Of a DNA stretch of 35,484 nt, positions 1-12,764 are shown in pieces. Both the position numbers and the translations under genes were made by a program. Below the pieces are notes generated by a model. The model made no database searches. It was not told the origin of the DNA and worked only from the letters and a program-made list of their open reading frames with translations. Every line of letters begins with the position of its first letter. Position 1 is the first letter of the stretch. Source of the stretch: Corallochytrium limacisporum Hawaii (lineage: Eukaryota > Protista > Pluriformea); the NCBI GenBank assembly GCA_002811645.1, contig PDIP01000264.1:1-35484 (forward strand), given 5' to 3'.

Positions 1-3000
1 AATAGAATTTTTCAAATACTTTTTGTATAAGTATATTAAAAATAGTTAAATATTATATATTTTACGATATTCCGTATGTATAAATAGGCCACCAAACACA
101 GTCTCTCTGATTCCAAGAAGATTAGAATGCTTTATCTGGATGCAATTCTGAGCTTGATTCTTATTGATCTAAATTGTCAATATATATCAATAATATTGGT
201 GATTTTGAAATCCTACTGGTGCCCCCATTGGCACTCGGCTAGATGCGGGGAACACTAACCTGCCTTCTGATTTCTGGCCGTCCGGCGTGAGACAAAGGTT
301 TGCGGTCTCGCCTCAACGTCGAACAATGTCCAAAGTCCCAACAGAACGGAAACACAATTGCATGGGCGCCGATGGCCACCCGTAGGTTCCTATTGGGTTC
401 GGTGCCGTGGCTCAACCACACGTCGTTGATGTTACGAGCTCCACCCTCATGGTTTGGTCTTTGACATGTGCGTGATTAACAAGTGCCGGTGTATTACGAA
501 ATTTTTGTCATAGTCGTAGTACTTATCCGCATCGTCGTCGCCTTAGGATTTCACTAGAGATAGCGTACCAGAATGAAAGGTCGTTGTATTACACAGTCAC
601 ACTATGTCCGCCACACTGAGCATTACCACAGTTGGTAAACCCCTGTCTAGTTGGTGGGTACCGAAGATCGATAGCGAACATGCTCAGTCATCCAGTGCTG
701 TGATCGAACGGAAAGCTTTGCGTAATGTCCTGTATGAGCGCTCAGACCATACAATTAATTTCGTGCTGCCCTCAAGTGCATCCTATGCAACTCTAACATG
801 ATTCAGCTACCGAGTCTGTCTTTGTATGAGTACGCCACTACGAAGGCCATGTAAGGTAGCTGTGCAAAACCTTGGGGGACAAGCGAACTCTTGTTTCGGA
901 ATTCTGTACGTTCTCATGGGGGTGAGATGATCTTGTGGGCACAAAGAAGAGAAAGAATGACAACTTGTACAACCTCATTTGATTCCTCGCCGCCCATCGC
1001 TTTTGCACGCTATATAGGTCCAAGACGTGGAAACACCTACTCTGGCAATAATCAATAAATATTGAAGAACGACACCTGTGGGTGGTCAAAGTTCGAATCT
1101 TTCGATATCGTGTGCGAGTCCGTCTGTTGCTCATTTTGAACAAAGGCGCGGGCGATGGAAGGACACATGCATCGATCGTTCAGTACCCGTGGTACCGGAA
1201 AAACCTGTCCGAGTCTGTTCAGGGGTTTATCGCCTTGGTCCCTCGCGCCCGCCACGGTGGAGGTACGTCTGCGGGCGAGTAAACAGGTCACCAACGCCCT
1301 TTTGACGACATTCGGTCATTCGCACGGGAACTTGTTTTTCAGCACATTCAAATTCAAAGCACGCAACAAGGAAATGATCAAAGTTTGTGAGAACGCATTG
1401 GACACAGTTTCCAAACATTATCTGTGCCCGTGCCCACTCTGCAACCAAACAAAGAACGAGGGGCAGTTTGTGACCTAAGACACAGGCAACCGTTTGAAAT
1501 GGTTTGACATCAAATCGTTCCCAGGGGCGTAGGCGAGCCACCCACAAAAAAATAAAAGATAATGAAAAAGTAAAGAGAGAAGATTAGTACCACCCTCGTT
1601 GTAACATAAATTAATTGGATGTGCTCGGTCTGGATCTGCCGTAAACTTCACCGTGGTTCAGTAAGAAAATACCGTACCTTTTGGTGGATGCGGAACGCCG
1701 GGTAGCGTAAGCGTGACCTCACGCAGCTGGGGGTGTGTGTGTACCTTCTGGGCTCCAAATTTCCAAAATTTGTATACAGGGCCGGAACAGAGTTGGACCG
1801 ACGGACTTGTCCCGCCAGCGGGGGAGGAGGAGGAGGAGGAAGTGGAGGCGGGGACGCACCGGTTCCCCTTTTTGCGCGACTTTTGCGGTGGTGTGTATTG
1901 GTGGGTTGGGCGGACGCGGAGAGCGGTTACTGTCAAATGAGGAGTGGGCACAGAGTCAGATGATCCGGTCTCTGAATTACAAAAATTGCCAATGGTTCAC
2001 TGTTTGCCCGTGCTATAGTTTGGGTACAATCCTGCGAGATACCGCGGGATTGCGGCGCACGAAGGCTAGAGATCTTACTGTTCACATGCATACTTTGCAT
2101 GGGCACAGAGATATGTTGCAGGAAAGTACATGTCCAAAAGCGACAAAGGAGGAGGAGGGGCGTACCATTGTAGGGCATGCCTTCTAACATTACCTTCCGT
2201 TTCATGTTCGATGGCGTTATTGATCAAACGAAACGACATTCCGTGCACAGTCCCCGATCACTCTGCTCCTGCGTCACTCATCACATCCGCGCCCACTGGG
2301 GGCTATTGTTTACTATCCGCCCAGACCGCAAGTGGTGTTGGGAACGAAAGACTGAATGGTGAACATCTGGGCGACGTCAGTGAACGTGAACGCTACATAT
2401 GGATCCATATTGCACATACCAAGAGAAGCATAGTTCTCTGGCTCCCCAGTGTGTTGCGATTGAAACTCAAGCAGGTAACTCGCCAGTTCAAGAGTACACG
2501 GTTGTATGTGGGAATGGTCAGACCAATTTCAAAGCCGTTTAGGCAGTAGACTTGCTGTCGAAATCGTCCACAACGTGATCAATTGATGTTTTCGTGGCTA
2601 TGCAATAAGGCCTTCCTGTTTCGGTGTTTTCTGCATGCCAGCGCATGTCGGGCTGCCGGGGAGGGGGGGTAGCTCAATGATCATAATGACAGCATTGTGG
2701 ATGGCATCAGCAGATAGCTGTCTATTCGACCATGTGACATGAATCCACGCTATCTTTAGTGATCCTTCTCAGCGTTAAGTTACAGTAATTGTCGTATCTC
2801 CCAGCGCCTACAGTCGACCTCAATGCTGTACAATTGGAGCGAACATGTATGGAATGTCACCTTGGTGGTATGTTAGTCAAAACCGTGTCTGTAGCTCACT
2901 AGCCCAAGTGTGAGTTACGTGCAATCAATTCCGTTTCTCCTGGATATACGTTGTCGTTGCCTACCACTACCGCAAAGTGTGAATCAAGGAAGAAGATCTT

Positions 3001-6000
3001 CATTGTGCTCCGCTAGGTGGCGGCGAGAGCGCAAGGCATCTCTACCACATCGAGTTTGAATGAAACCGGTCTATTGGATCCCGCATCGGCGCACTCGCAA
3101 GTTGATAGTTGGCGCGAGAGGGACCCGGAGCGGGCCAAGTGCGAACCAAAAGACGGGGCAGGCACGGGATGTGGATGGGGGCCCGGGGTAAGGCATAGCT
3201 AGGAGAGTATGTGCTCAGTACATGTCCGGGCGGAAGAACAGCACAAAATATATGGTTGCGAAAGCAGGACGGGGCAACCTAGGCAAAGTGGACGGCGGCC
3301 CAGGACTCGTTGACACCAGTGCTTTTCGCAAACTTGACGTAGCGGTAAGACTTCTCGTGCCCGTGCCTTGTTTGTTAATCAGTTCAGTTCTTCAGCACGC
3401 GGGAGATACAAAACACGGGAAACGTCCTGCCATACGTTGACCGCATGTGCATGAAACTGTTTACACGGAGATCAGTACGTGCTCTCATGCTCCGCTATTC
3501 TGTGCTGATAACGGGGTGCTGTTGGTGTTTCGACGTGTTGGCTATGGTGTAATAGCAGTCAAGCCCCATTGAACGAGAGAGCAGAGGTCAAGAAACCAAA
3601 AAAACTTGCGATGCTTTCCGGCGACGAGAGCTTTAAGGGCGCCGTCTCGAACGCTTACATAAGACTGCAGGGTGCATCGGAGGTGACTACCCTTGAAACG
3701 AAAGCGGGTTTCCGAAGAGAGTCATCAAGTCTCGAGCCGAACGATTTGTAGAATTGCCCCTTGCCCTGGGTCCTGCTGACACGGAGAGTTTCTAACTCGC
3801 GGGGTATAATTCGCGAATGCCCTTTACTGTGGGTGTTTGCATACAAATTGTTCCTTATTCTCAATTAGAAGGTATGAGGTATGGCTCCAACTCTTTCGGG
3901 TAGGAGAGGACTACACATCCTCGATCGTCTCCTAGTTCAGGGAGAATAAAAACCCACATCCCCGGACCTCGATTTATCGGTCATCTCCACAGAGGAAATA
4001 CTGCACGCCGGGAAAAAGAATGATGAGGCTCCACTCGAACTCGACAGGATCAGAGGAGTTTGGGGGGCGGGGGTAACCAGACGCAAGGTGGTCCCCCCCC
4101 CCCTTTACAAGACACACCGCGGGAATTTGAAAATTTTGAAGACTCTTTGACGTTGGGAGAGCGAGGGGTCATGGTCTGTTTCCCTGTATAGAAATTGGTG
4201 TGGCCGAAGCCCGTTCGTTACCCCCCCTCCTCACACCACGGGAGATTGGCCAACGCACCCGCGTCCTGGTTGGTCTTCCATTTTTCACTTCCGGTAGAAT
4301 GTTTATAAACAACAGCTTGTGCACGGCCCGAGGGGACCACTCCCATTTGTGTCAAATATGGAACAGTTGCAGGGGATATTCCAAAATTCCCTTGCAACGT
4401 ACATCCTCTCCCACCGATAACAGGTTTGCACCATAAAAATTTCTGCACTGTTTCGTAGCAATTGTAGAACACCTGGCCTTCCAGCTGATGTCAAAATCGG
4501 CTGATCAAAGTCCGTTCATAAGGTACATGCTTGCATATTACCGGTAATATATCAATAGAATGTCCTCCCCTGTGTCTATGCGCTTTCGGTTTCCGTGGAC
4601 CAGCTCGGATGTGTGTTTCTCTCAACTATTTTTTCTCTAAGAGTGGCTCGTACTTGACTTAGTCTTAGACTTTGAAAGTGCATGCGAACACGCCTGCAGC
4701 ACAACGTTCAGACGTGCCCTTGGTCCCGACGAGCACGGCTTCGATTTTCAGTACCTGGTACGACCAGCCATCCATCAGGAGACATACGCGTATACGAGCC
4801 TTATTTATGGTTTTGTGAGTGCCGCTGGAAAGAATAGTCGCCGTTCCGCCGAGTTTGATAGGAAAATACAGTCCCGTCGGCCCAACTGGCAGGTAGGAGG
4901 ATACTGTGCATCGTCCGATGTATTTCGGACAACACGACAACAAGCGAACAGGCAAAAACAGAAGAGAATGAAGAATAACCAGTGCCAATGAACTGAAACG
5001 GGATTCTTCCGAGTGTCCGTATTGGAGGAACACATCCAGACGTTCAGAGAATTTTGAAATCGGCGTGCTTAGTCACTAGCCAACCACACCCAATCAAGAA
5101 GATCGTTTTGATAGAGCACATGGAAGAACAACAGAATGGTTTTGTGGACACTTAATCCATGAATCGAACATCCTCATAGAGGAGAAACCGTACACTGCTG
5201 GCACCAACTAGAACAGCTATTGCCTTCGCATTTGCTGGCGACGTGGATGTAAAATTTATCCGGGAGGCTGATATGTGCACAATGGTGCAAACAGTAGGAT
5301 CGATACTCTGACTCGCAACGAAAACTGCAAGAAGGAGGGAGAAGGACGGGGGTATGCAGTCATAGATCGCCGTGCTCAAAAGAAATCAATATTATCATGG
5401 ACATTTTTCTGTCGATATTATTGATTATTTAGAAGTATGGAAGTAATTGATACAGTCCGAGTTTTTGGTGTATTACTTGGGGGGATCGGACGGGCTTGCT
5501 TGCACACTGGTGAAACTTCATTAAGGCAGTTGGGCGGGGAGGCCGTGGGTGACAGTGCCAGTTTTTTTCAAATCTTCCAATGTGCGTACCATGCAGAATA
5601 TAAGCCTGGACAGGGGTAAACACAGGGACAGTCTTGCCTGCGAGACTGTGTGCATTTCCCTGCCACATGCTTGAATAGTGTAGCACAAGCTTTGTTCGAA
5701 ACCAGTCTGTCGCAACGGGTAGCATTCTGGATGACAGCTGAGAGACAGAACACTTGCCGGCCACCGTCCAGTCCGCAGTTTGCAGCCCAGCAGAGCCATT
5801 CTAGGCCACTTGAAAGTCCTAGGTTGGAACAGAGGTCAACACAAATGGCCTTATTCGCTTGCAAGCACCGTCTTCATCACGATAGATAACTTGTTTTGGA
5901 TCATGTCCATTACTGCCTTCCAGACATGCAAATGAGAACAGCAATCAACGGGTTGGATCACGATGATCATGCGCTTCTTCTTGCGTAGGTATGTGGTGAA

Positions 6001-7039
6001 GGTGATGAGTAACGACATTGAATTCCAGCAACTCTTATGTTCTTTGTCCAGGTCTCAATTGCTGAACTGGTGTACAACGGGAGTGTGAGGTTATGTCCGA
6101 GGGCATGGCGTAACATGCTCGGCAAGAATCTGCTCGCAAGAGCTCATCACATTCTAGTAAGAGTGATCTGCACCAACTCGAATTCAGAAGGACAAATAGA
6201 CACACTCTCATACGAATCCCTGCTGCGGAAATGTCGTGTTTTGTTTCTCTTCGAGTAGCCGCAGAAGTTTCCGCATGATCCCTGAAACTGGTCGTGGCCC
6301 TCAAATTCCCCCCAGGGGGGGTTCAAACGATATAAATCAATAAAATTTCTAACTCTACGCATACCCTTCAAACGGACGACCGGGCCCCGTGTTCAATTTT
6401 CTCTCTTCTCTTTTGTTTTCTAGCGTGTGTTGGGTTGGTGTGCTCGGTGAGGGGTTTTCGGCCGTGTTGAAGACAGAAGGCCCCGTAATTCTTCTTCTTC
6501 TTCATACCGTTAAGTACCCCGGCAGCGAATTTCATCGGCGCTGGGTGCAACTCTCTCGTAACCCCTCCCTCTCCTTTTTCCCCTTCGTTAAACCGTCCGC
6601 TGTGCTGGCCCTTTCCCCACAGCAGGCCCGCGCGGCCCGGTGGGGGAGGGGGATCCCACCCCTCGTTCCACAATAAGAAAGTTCCCTTTCGGTGGCGTTC
6701 CCTGGTCATTTGTTTCTCGGTTTTGGTATTGGATCACCTTCTCTTTTTGTGCAAGGCTCGCTCCACAATTGCTCCCTTGCGCCACACTTGTCGTCAAACG
6801 GGAACGCTGGAAAACACTGAAGCAATTCCCAGCACGAGCGAACCGGAAATTAAGCTTGTGTGTGTCCAATGTTTCTGCTTTCAATTTTGCTCTGTTCTGT
6901 CTTTTTTTGGGTTACCGGTAGCAGTTGATGAAGTTTACCCTTTTAATACTCGTGTCTCTTTGTTTTTCTTCGTTAGCCTGGTATCTCTGTCGTGGAATGC
7001 TACTGACCGGTTTTGTTTCAAATTGTAGTTTTCCTCGTG

Positions 7040-7460
7040 TGTTCTCACCTTCCCCTTGTCCCTTTCCCTTTTTCTTTTTTAATATTAGCAGGCCCCTGCG
7101 AGTGTTATTCGCCACCCTCCCCCCCGTCCTGGGGACCTTCGCCTTCGTTTCACACTCGGGGAGAAGGGACCCTTTTTTGAGGTTTTGCCCCGTGAAAAGC
7201 GGGTCCGTTGGTGAGAGTGGGGGGGGGAGGGAGGGAACCCAGTCCCCAGAGCAGGGACAGAGAATTGGTTAACATGGATAAACCTTCTTTTTTTCTTTTG
7301 ACAAAACTCAATTCTTCCAAGGAGAAAGTCAATACATCCAGCATAGTAAAAAACAGATTCACGAAAGGAGAAAAAGGAGGGAGACGGGAAACGCAGGGAA
7401 TCCTCTGCTCGGGTAAGGGGGAAATCAAAAAAGGGAGAGAGGGGGAGGGGGAAGGGGGAG
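7040..7460. promoter_or_regulatory. Low-complexity pyrimidine/purine and G-run island upstream of the 7814 gene (putative promoter or 5' UTR)
   Basis: A CT-rich tract is followed by G/A runs such as GGGAGAGAGGGGGAGGGGGAAGGGGG. Similar islands precede the other cluster genes. The function is inferred only. Confidence 0.4.
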
Positions 7461-7813
7461 AACAGCCGTCCGAGAGCTTCAAACACAGTTCTGGGCAGGC
7501 ACACTCACTTGGGACACTTTGCCCTTCAAATTCGGTCAAATGCTCCGCTCCCCAAAGCGAATTCTTATGTTCTGTATGGGACCATTATGGGATTGATAAA
7601 ATGGTGAAGAACCAGGACAGTGCTATGGGTGGGTTTTTATATACAGAATTGGGCTGGTAGATCAGTGCAATTGTCCAACCGAGTAGGATAGTAATCTCTG
7701 TGCTGCGTAGGCTGAACTGGCATTCTCAGGTAGAACAGATAGTGTTCTATTGCAATAAAAACTTTCGGAAAAGAGAGAGAGAGCAGTTCAGAGAATATTG
7801 TACCTTCCTCATC

Positions 7814-9994
7814 ATGACCATGGACGACAAGAAGGACGAGCAGGCTTACCCTCAGGGGCATGCGCACACGCGAGACAGCATCCCTTCACACATCCGTGAC
7901 AGTCAGCTCTCTGTGGCTTCTGCCCAGAGCATCGACCAGTTAATCCCTGGAGAACGTCCCAGTATTCCCATGGTTGAATCAGACGTGGAGATACGCAGCC
8001 TGGCCGGCAGCAGCCTGGCCGGCTCCTTGGCACCCAGCGCGAACTTTTCTCTTGGTAGCCAGGCCACCGTCGGCGCATCTTCCATGAACACCACCCGCAC
8101 CCAGGCCACGGCGCACAGCACTGGCAACGGGCCCTCCACCTACGGTCCTTCGTCCACTGGTGCTCGCAGCTTCAAAGAAGTGTCTCGTGCATTTATGGAT
8201 CAGCCCCGCATGCCTCAGATCGAAGAAGATGACTACGCAGAACGTGAACGTGTCAACGATTACGAAGACTTCGAACAAGAGGAGATTGTCAAGGAATCCG
8301 TGATGGAGCCCTTGCTGAAGAAGGAAAACGCCAAGGCTTCCCGCGACAATGACAATTTTGGCAAGCACACCACATTGTATGTGATTGCTCAGCCACTCCT
8401 CTTTCTGCCCTTCCTTGCTGCCTTGTTGGTTGCTGCTGTGTCCCCATTCGTTAACGCCCACCTGTACGACATGGTCGACCAGGTCCGCGCGGGGAGCATC
8501 AACTCTTACTTTGCCAACGTTGAGATGGTGGTGACAGACTTTTCTCAAAGCCAGGTGGATCTGAACGCCGACTTCGAGATTCTGCACGGTGGCGATACCC
8601 TGCACTTCCAGCGTCAGGCTGGTTCCACTGTTGAACTACTGGATGGCCACATGGCCATTGCCCGCTTCGGGCAGCTTGCCACGGAGGAATGGACTGTTAG
8701 TGGTCTTGAGGCTGACACTCAAAACTCTGGCAAGAACAATGTCACAATCCCTCTGACGTTCCTGGACCGAGCTAAAGAAGATGACCAGGTCGAAACCGAC
8801 GTTGCCCGTCCCTTTTGGCACCTGCTTTTCAACTCTCGCCAGACCCGCAATTGGAACGTGGCCTCCATGATAAACTACAAGCTGAGCATGCGTGATGGCA
8901 CTGAGGTCAACGTTGAGGATGAATACCACTTGACTAATTTGCCGATGCAGGGATTCGGTGACATGTCCGCTGATCTTGAAATCTCCAGCCTGACTCTGGA
9001 CGGTGACGGTCAGATCGCCCTGGTGGGAATCTTGACTGGTAGCACTCGTTCCAGTACTCGCGTCGCTATCAACAGCGATGCTCCCCTGGCCCTGTGTTAC
9101 TCTGAGACCATCGCTGGCGTGCGGTCCGGTGTGGTGGTCTATGACGACAACAATGGTCTGCGTGGCGGGGATACCCTCGAGGCTTGTGTGCCGGTCACTA
9201 TGTCGGAAGGGTTTCTCATGTCTCAGTCTAATACCGACGGCCGTCCATTCACGGTCAGCGGTTTGAACATCAGTTCTCGCATTTTAGGCTGCCTACTGTC
9301 CCCAATTGCCGGTGTCGGTGATTCTTGTGAGCTGGAGCTCCGTCCCGTGCCCGTAAACGAAAACCAGCTGAGCATCCTCGAGGAAATGTTTGTTGTGCCG
9401 ATTCACCGTGCCACTACATCCCCTGCCTTTGAGACCGAGCTACCCGTCATCAGCATTGCCCGCGGTACTCAGGCATTTGGTCGTTTTGGAGACGTCAGCA
9501 GCGCGATGATCAGCATCAAATCCACTTTGAAGAGCATTGACACCCTGTCCAATCGCGAGATTCAGCGCTTGTCCGTGCAACCATCACTGTCTACTATTGA
9601 CCCAATGTATGGTAGTTTCCGCTTCTCAGTCACCGACGACGAAGGGGCAGTCAAGCGCACTTGCTATCCTTTCACCGAGGACGGTTCCCAACCTGATCAA
9701 CTCGCTGCTCTGCACCATCAACTGAATAGTAATTTCTTGCCAGCTGGGTCGGTGGAGTACACACCCACTCCCATTGAAGGAGACTCTTGCTCTCGCATGC
9801 TCTACCCTGCCATGTGCTGCCGGGCCAAGCAACTTGGTCGCTCTAGCATTATTCTGGACATCCTCATGGGCATGAAGTTCAACGGTATTGACCAGGAGCT
9901 TGCCACTGAACAGCCCAGCATGCGCGTCGTATGTGACATTGAGAACTTTGACGCCAACGGTGCATGCAGCCTGATTGACTTCATTGACCAGTGA
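7814..9994 (+). CDS. Type II single-pass membrane protein (726 aa): disordered N-terminal tail, DUF3712/Tag1-like ectodomain, C-terminal Cys motif; putative synthase accessory protein A
   Basis: Long ORF with C-ending codon bias. The ATGs at 7814 and 7820 (ACCATGG) are more plausible starts than the GTG at 7700. About 187 aa of S/T/E-rich tail precede a hydrophobic helix LYVIAQPLLFLPFLAALLVAAVSPFV (about 8375-8455). A beta-rich region follows (FGQLATEEWTV...FWHLLFNSRQTRNWNV...LPMQGF), then C-x8-CC...C-x10-C shared with 15556 and 23624. Confidence 0.85.
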   Translation: MTMDDKKDEQAYPQGHAHTRDSIPSHIRDSQLSVASAQSIDQLIPGERPSIPMVESDVEIRSLAGSSLAGSLAPSANFSLGSQATVGASSMNTTRTQATAHSTGNGPSTYGPSSTGARSFKEVSRAFMDQPRMPQIEEDDYAERERVNDYEDFEQEEIVKESVMEPLLKKENAKASRDNDNFGKHTTLYVIAQPLLFLPFLAALLVAAVSPFVNAHLYDMVDQVRAGSINSYFANVEMVVTDFSQSQVDLNADFEILHGGDTLHFQRQAGSTVELLDGHMAIARFGQLATEEWTVSGLEADTQNSGKNNVTIPLTFLDRAKEDDQVETDVARPFWHLLFNSRQTRNWNVASMINYKLSMRDGTEVNVEDEYHLTNLPMQGFGDMSADLEISSLTLDGDGQIALVGILTGSTRSSTRVAINSDAPLALCYSETIAGVRSGVVVYDDNNGLRGGDTLEACVPVTMSEGFLMSQSNTDGRPFTVSGLNISSRILGCLLSPIAGVGDSCELELRPVPVNENQLSILEEMFVVPIHRATTSPAFETELPVISIARGTQAFGRFGDVSSAMISIKSTLKSIDTLSNREIQRLSVQPSLSTIDPMYGSFRFSVTDDEGAVKRTCYPFTEDGSQPDQLAALHHQLNSNFLPAGSVEYTPTPIEGDSCSRMLYPAMCCRAKQLGRSSIILDILMGMKFNGIDQELATEQPSMRVVCDIENFDANGACSLIDFIDQ

Positions 9995-10341
9995 AGCATT
10001 CCCACATCACCACGCAATCCCCGAATCCCATCGGGCACACAAACATCATCATTTTCCATATCATATCAACCCCTTCCATTTTGAAAACACATACAGTACC
10101 ATATTGTCAGTAAAAATCAAAGGCGTCATCTTTACCCTCGCTTCCGTAACCTTCATCAGTCAATAGGTCAGTGCTTCGGAGATAACGATAAGTTCACTTT
10201 CTCCCCAAGACATGCGATTGCTGTCTGGTTAAAGTATAGATATGATATTATGTATTTGCTTGATATGAAAAAGATGTGATACGTTATGCAATGTCTGTTG
10301 GGTGTGTTTGTGTTTTGCACTTGTTATGTAAGGTCACCCTC

Positions 10342-12372
10342 TCACAGGTATAAGTTGTCACGGTAGACCTCCATAGCAAAGTAAATGGCAAGGACGGGTC
10401 CTGTGAGTCGTGTGAGTGTGGACATGACATGGAAGAAGGTGACCCAGTGGGGAGACGGGTGGAACACATCAATGGGATGGAACGCCCAGTAGACAAAACA
10501 CAGGTGGTTGAACATGAAGTAGAATGCCGTGGAGATGGAGAAAGCAATGAAGATGCGACCTCCGATAATGGGCTGTCCAAAGGCATCAGTCAGGTTGTAT
10601 GGGTAGACCAGACCCCAGACAACGGAGAATAGCAGAAGGAAAATGACGGCCACATTGTATCGGATGCGACGAAGCGATTTGTACAGCTCTTGCCGCAGCA
10701 TGGCCTTGTCATCCTTGTCATCCGTTGACTTACGAGTAACCTTGAAGGTCAGGTTACCTCCAAGCAATGCCACAACAAAGTTCTTCATGATGTAGTACTG
10801 GAACCCAATGGAGAACATCTGGGTGGATGCGTATGGGCGTGACAAACCAGAGTGAACCACCGTCTCATACAGGAGACCGGATCCAAGATAGAACAGAAGG
10901 ACAATCAGGAAGTCAATGTAGTTGACCAGGTTCAGTGGCACGTAGTGTCCAATCAAAAACACGGGGATGGAGATCGTGAAGAAAAGAGACAGCCAGGCTG
11001 TGGAATAGTTCACAAACACAGCAATGTACGCCATGCGAGTCCAGAAGGGCAGACCGCTGAGCCATAGTGGACAGTCCTTTGAGAAGAAGATCTGGTAGGA
11101 ACCTTTGCACCAACGAGAACGCTGACGGAAGGTGTCCGCAAGGGTAGTGGGAGAATATCCAGTAGCCAGGTACTCGCTAACATACATGCACTTGTATCCG
11201 GAGGCTTCCATTAACATGGACAGATAGCAATCCTCAGTGACTGAGCCAGTGGGGAATCCTCCAATAGACTCGAAAGCTGCGCGGGAAGCCACAAAGTTGG
11301 TACCAATGCAGGGAGTTGCGCCAATGCCATCACGTCCGGGAATGAGCAGCTCGAAGAAAGTCTTGGCGATCAGGTCAATCGGGTCTTCGGATGGGTCAAT
11401 GTTACCGTAAAACTGCGGGGTTTGTACAAAACCGACAGTGGGGTCGAATTCTAGTTTCATGGTTTCCTCGTTGTAGCGGTAAAAGTAAGGTACAGTCTTC
11501 TGCAGGAAGTGGCGGCTGGGAATAAAGTCAGCATCCAAGATCAGGAGCAGATCGGAGTCAGTGAGGTCCACGGCGTTGTTGATGTTTCCGGCCTTGGCGT
11601 GCTTCTTGACATTACGGTTGATGTAGAAAATATTCGGGTACACCTCCTTCAGTGCTTGGACCCACTGGTACACATTCTTACGACGGCTGTCGTCACAAAT
11701 GAAGATGTTGACATGTTCCTGGGGATAATCCATGCACATGGCACCTCGCAGGGTCTGAGCCAGGATTTCAATGCTTTCGTTGTAGGTTGGGATCATGACA
11801 GCAATGGTGGGATAGTCCTCCGGGGCAATTTTGGGTGTGCACTCCTTCAGGGGCACACACTCACGCTTGATGGGCTTCATGCGCTCTAACCATCCAAAAA
11901 AGAAGGAGGAGACAGACAGAACTTCAGCAGTAAAGAAGACGACCTGGTAGGTATAAACATCATATGGAACATCACTTCCACCAATGGTGAACATGCCACG
12001 GTAGATGAGATACGCCAGCGCGCAGCACACATGGATGGCAGCAGTAATGTTGGCCAGAATGGTTTTGCCACTATTCAGAGGAATTGACCAGTGAGGATCG
12101 ACATTCATCTGAGGGGCCTTGTTAAGGAATGCTTCAAAGTTGTGAGCCTCAGACTTCAGCATTCGGCCCTTCTTCACCTGTCGCGCCTTCAGGTTGCCTA
12201 CGGGATTGACATTCCGTTTCTGCATACCCATCATGTTGATCTCCTCCTTGGGGTCGTCAACATGTTCCTCTACAACGTCCGTACTGGAGATGCTTGTGTT
12301 GTCAGAGGTGTTTGAACTGAGGAGGCCGACGGCGGCATCGTCCTTTGGTGCTTGCTTCGAAAACCAGCCCAT
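10342..12372 (-). CDS. cesA: Cellulose synthase-like processive GT2 glycosyltransferase (CesA/BcsA family), paralog 1, 676 aa
   Basis: Motifs IPTYNE, CDDS, HAKAGNIN, DADF, VQTPQ, GTN, VTED, QRSRW (QxxRW) and FKVTRK (FxVTxK gating loop). Two N-terminal and several C-terminal transmembrane helices. Start context CACCATGG. Confidence 0.93.
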   Translation of the reverse strand: MGWFSKQAPKDDAAVGLLSSNTSDNTSISSTDVVEEHVDDPKEEINMMGMQKRNVNPVGNLKARQVKKGRMLKSEAHNFEAFLNKAPQMNVDPHWSIPLNSGKTILANITAAIHVCCALAYLIYRGMFTIGGSDVPYDVYTYQVVFFTAEVLSVSSFFFGWLERMKPIKRECVPLKECTPKIAPEDYPTIAVMIPTYNESIEILAQTLRGAMCMDYPQEHVNIFICDDSRRKNVYQWVQALKEVYPNIFYINRNVKKHAKAGNINNAVDLTDSDLLLILDADFIPSRHFLQKTVPYFYRYNEETMKLEFDPTVGFVQTPQFYGNIDPSEDPIDLIAKTFFELLIPGRDGIGATPCIGTNFVASRAAFESIGGFPTGSVTEDCYLSMLMEASGYKCMYVSEYLATGYSPTTLADTFRQRSRWCKGSYQIFFSKDCPLWLSGLPFWTRMAYIAVFVNYSTAWLSLFFTISIPVFLIGHYVPLNLVNYIDFLIVLLFYLGSGLLYETVVHSGLSRPYASTQMFSIGFQYYIMKNFVVALLGGNLTFKVTRKSTDDKDDKAMLRQELYKSLRRIRYNVAVIFLLLFSVVWGLVYPYNLTDAFGQPIIGGRIFIAFSISTAFYFMFNHLCFVYWAFHPIDVFHPSPHWVTFFHVMSTLTRLTGPVLAIYFAMEVYRDNLYL

Positions 12373-12764
12373 GGTGATGTCTTTCGCTTGCGAATCGGTT
12401 ACAAACTGACTGCAATAGAGCTGGTCAAGTCTGGTTGTATCTGGAAATCTTCAACACCCAGACTGAGATTTCAGGTATGTGACTTGCTCAAACCAATTCC
12501 AAATACCTTACTCATCTATGGTGCATAAGTTGAATACGTGATCCGTGGTGTAATATGAGACCCACATAGGTAAGCTTTGGCCAGGGCGCATAGTACCAAA
12601 AGGGTTGCCTGCTCCTGGACTTCAAGCAGATGAAACTGAGCAATTAACCCAATAGCAAATGGTAACCCAACATTATCTTCTTTGTATAGAGCCTTGGCCC
12701 GCAAACGCCCTTTGGAAAATTCATCTCTGCCCAGAAAAGCCGTGTTACCTGAGCGGCCTCAGAA

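Noticed and set aside
7700-7813. N-terminal extensions from GTG/TTG starts (7700, 28704, 33050)
   Set aside because: The context is eukaryotic. Downstream ATGs have A at -3, and for the 28662 and 33122 genes they place the signal peptide at the N-terminus.
12355-12372. N-myristoylation signal MGWFSK on CesA1
   Set aside because: Gly2 is present but Ser is not at the preferred position, and the paralog lacks the motif.
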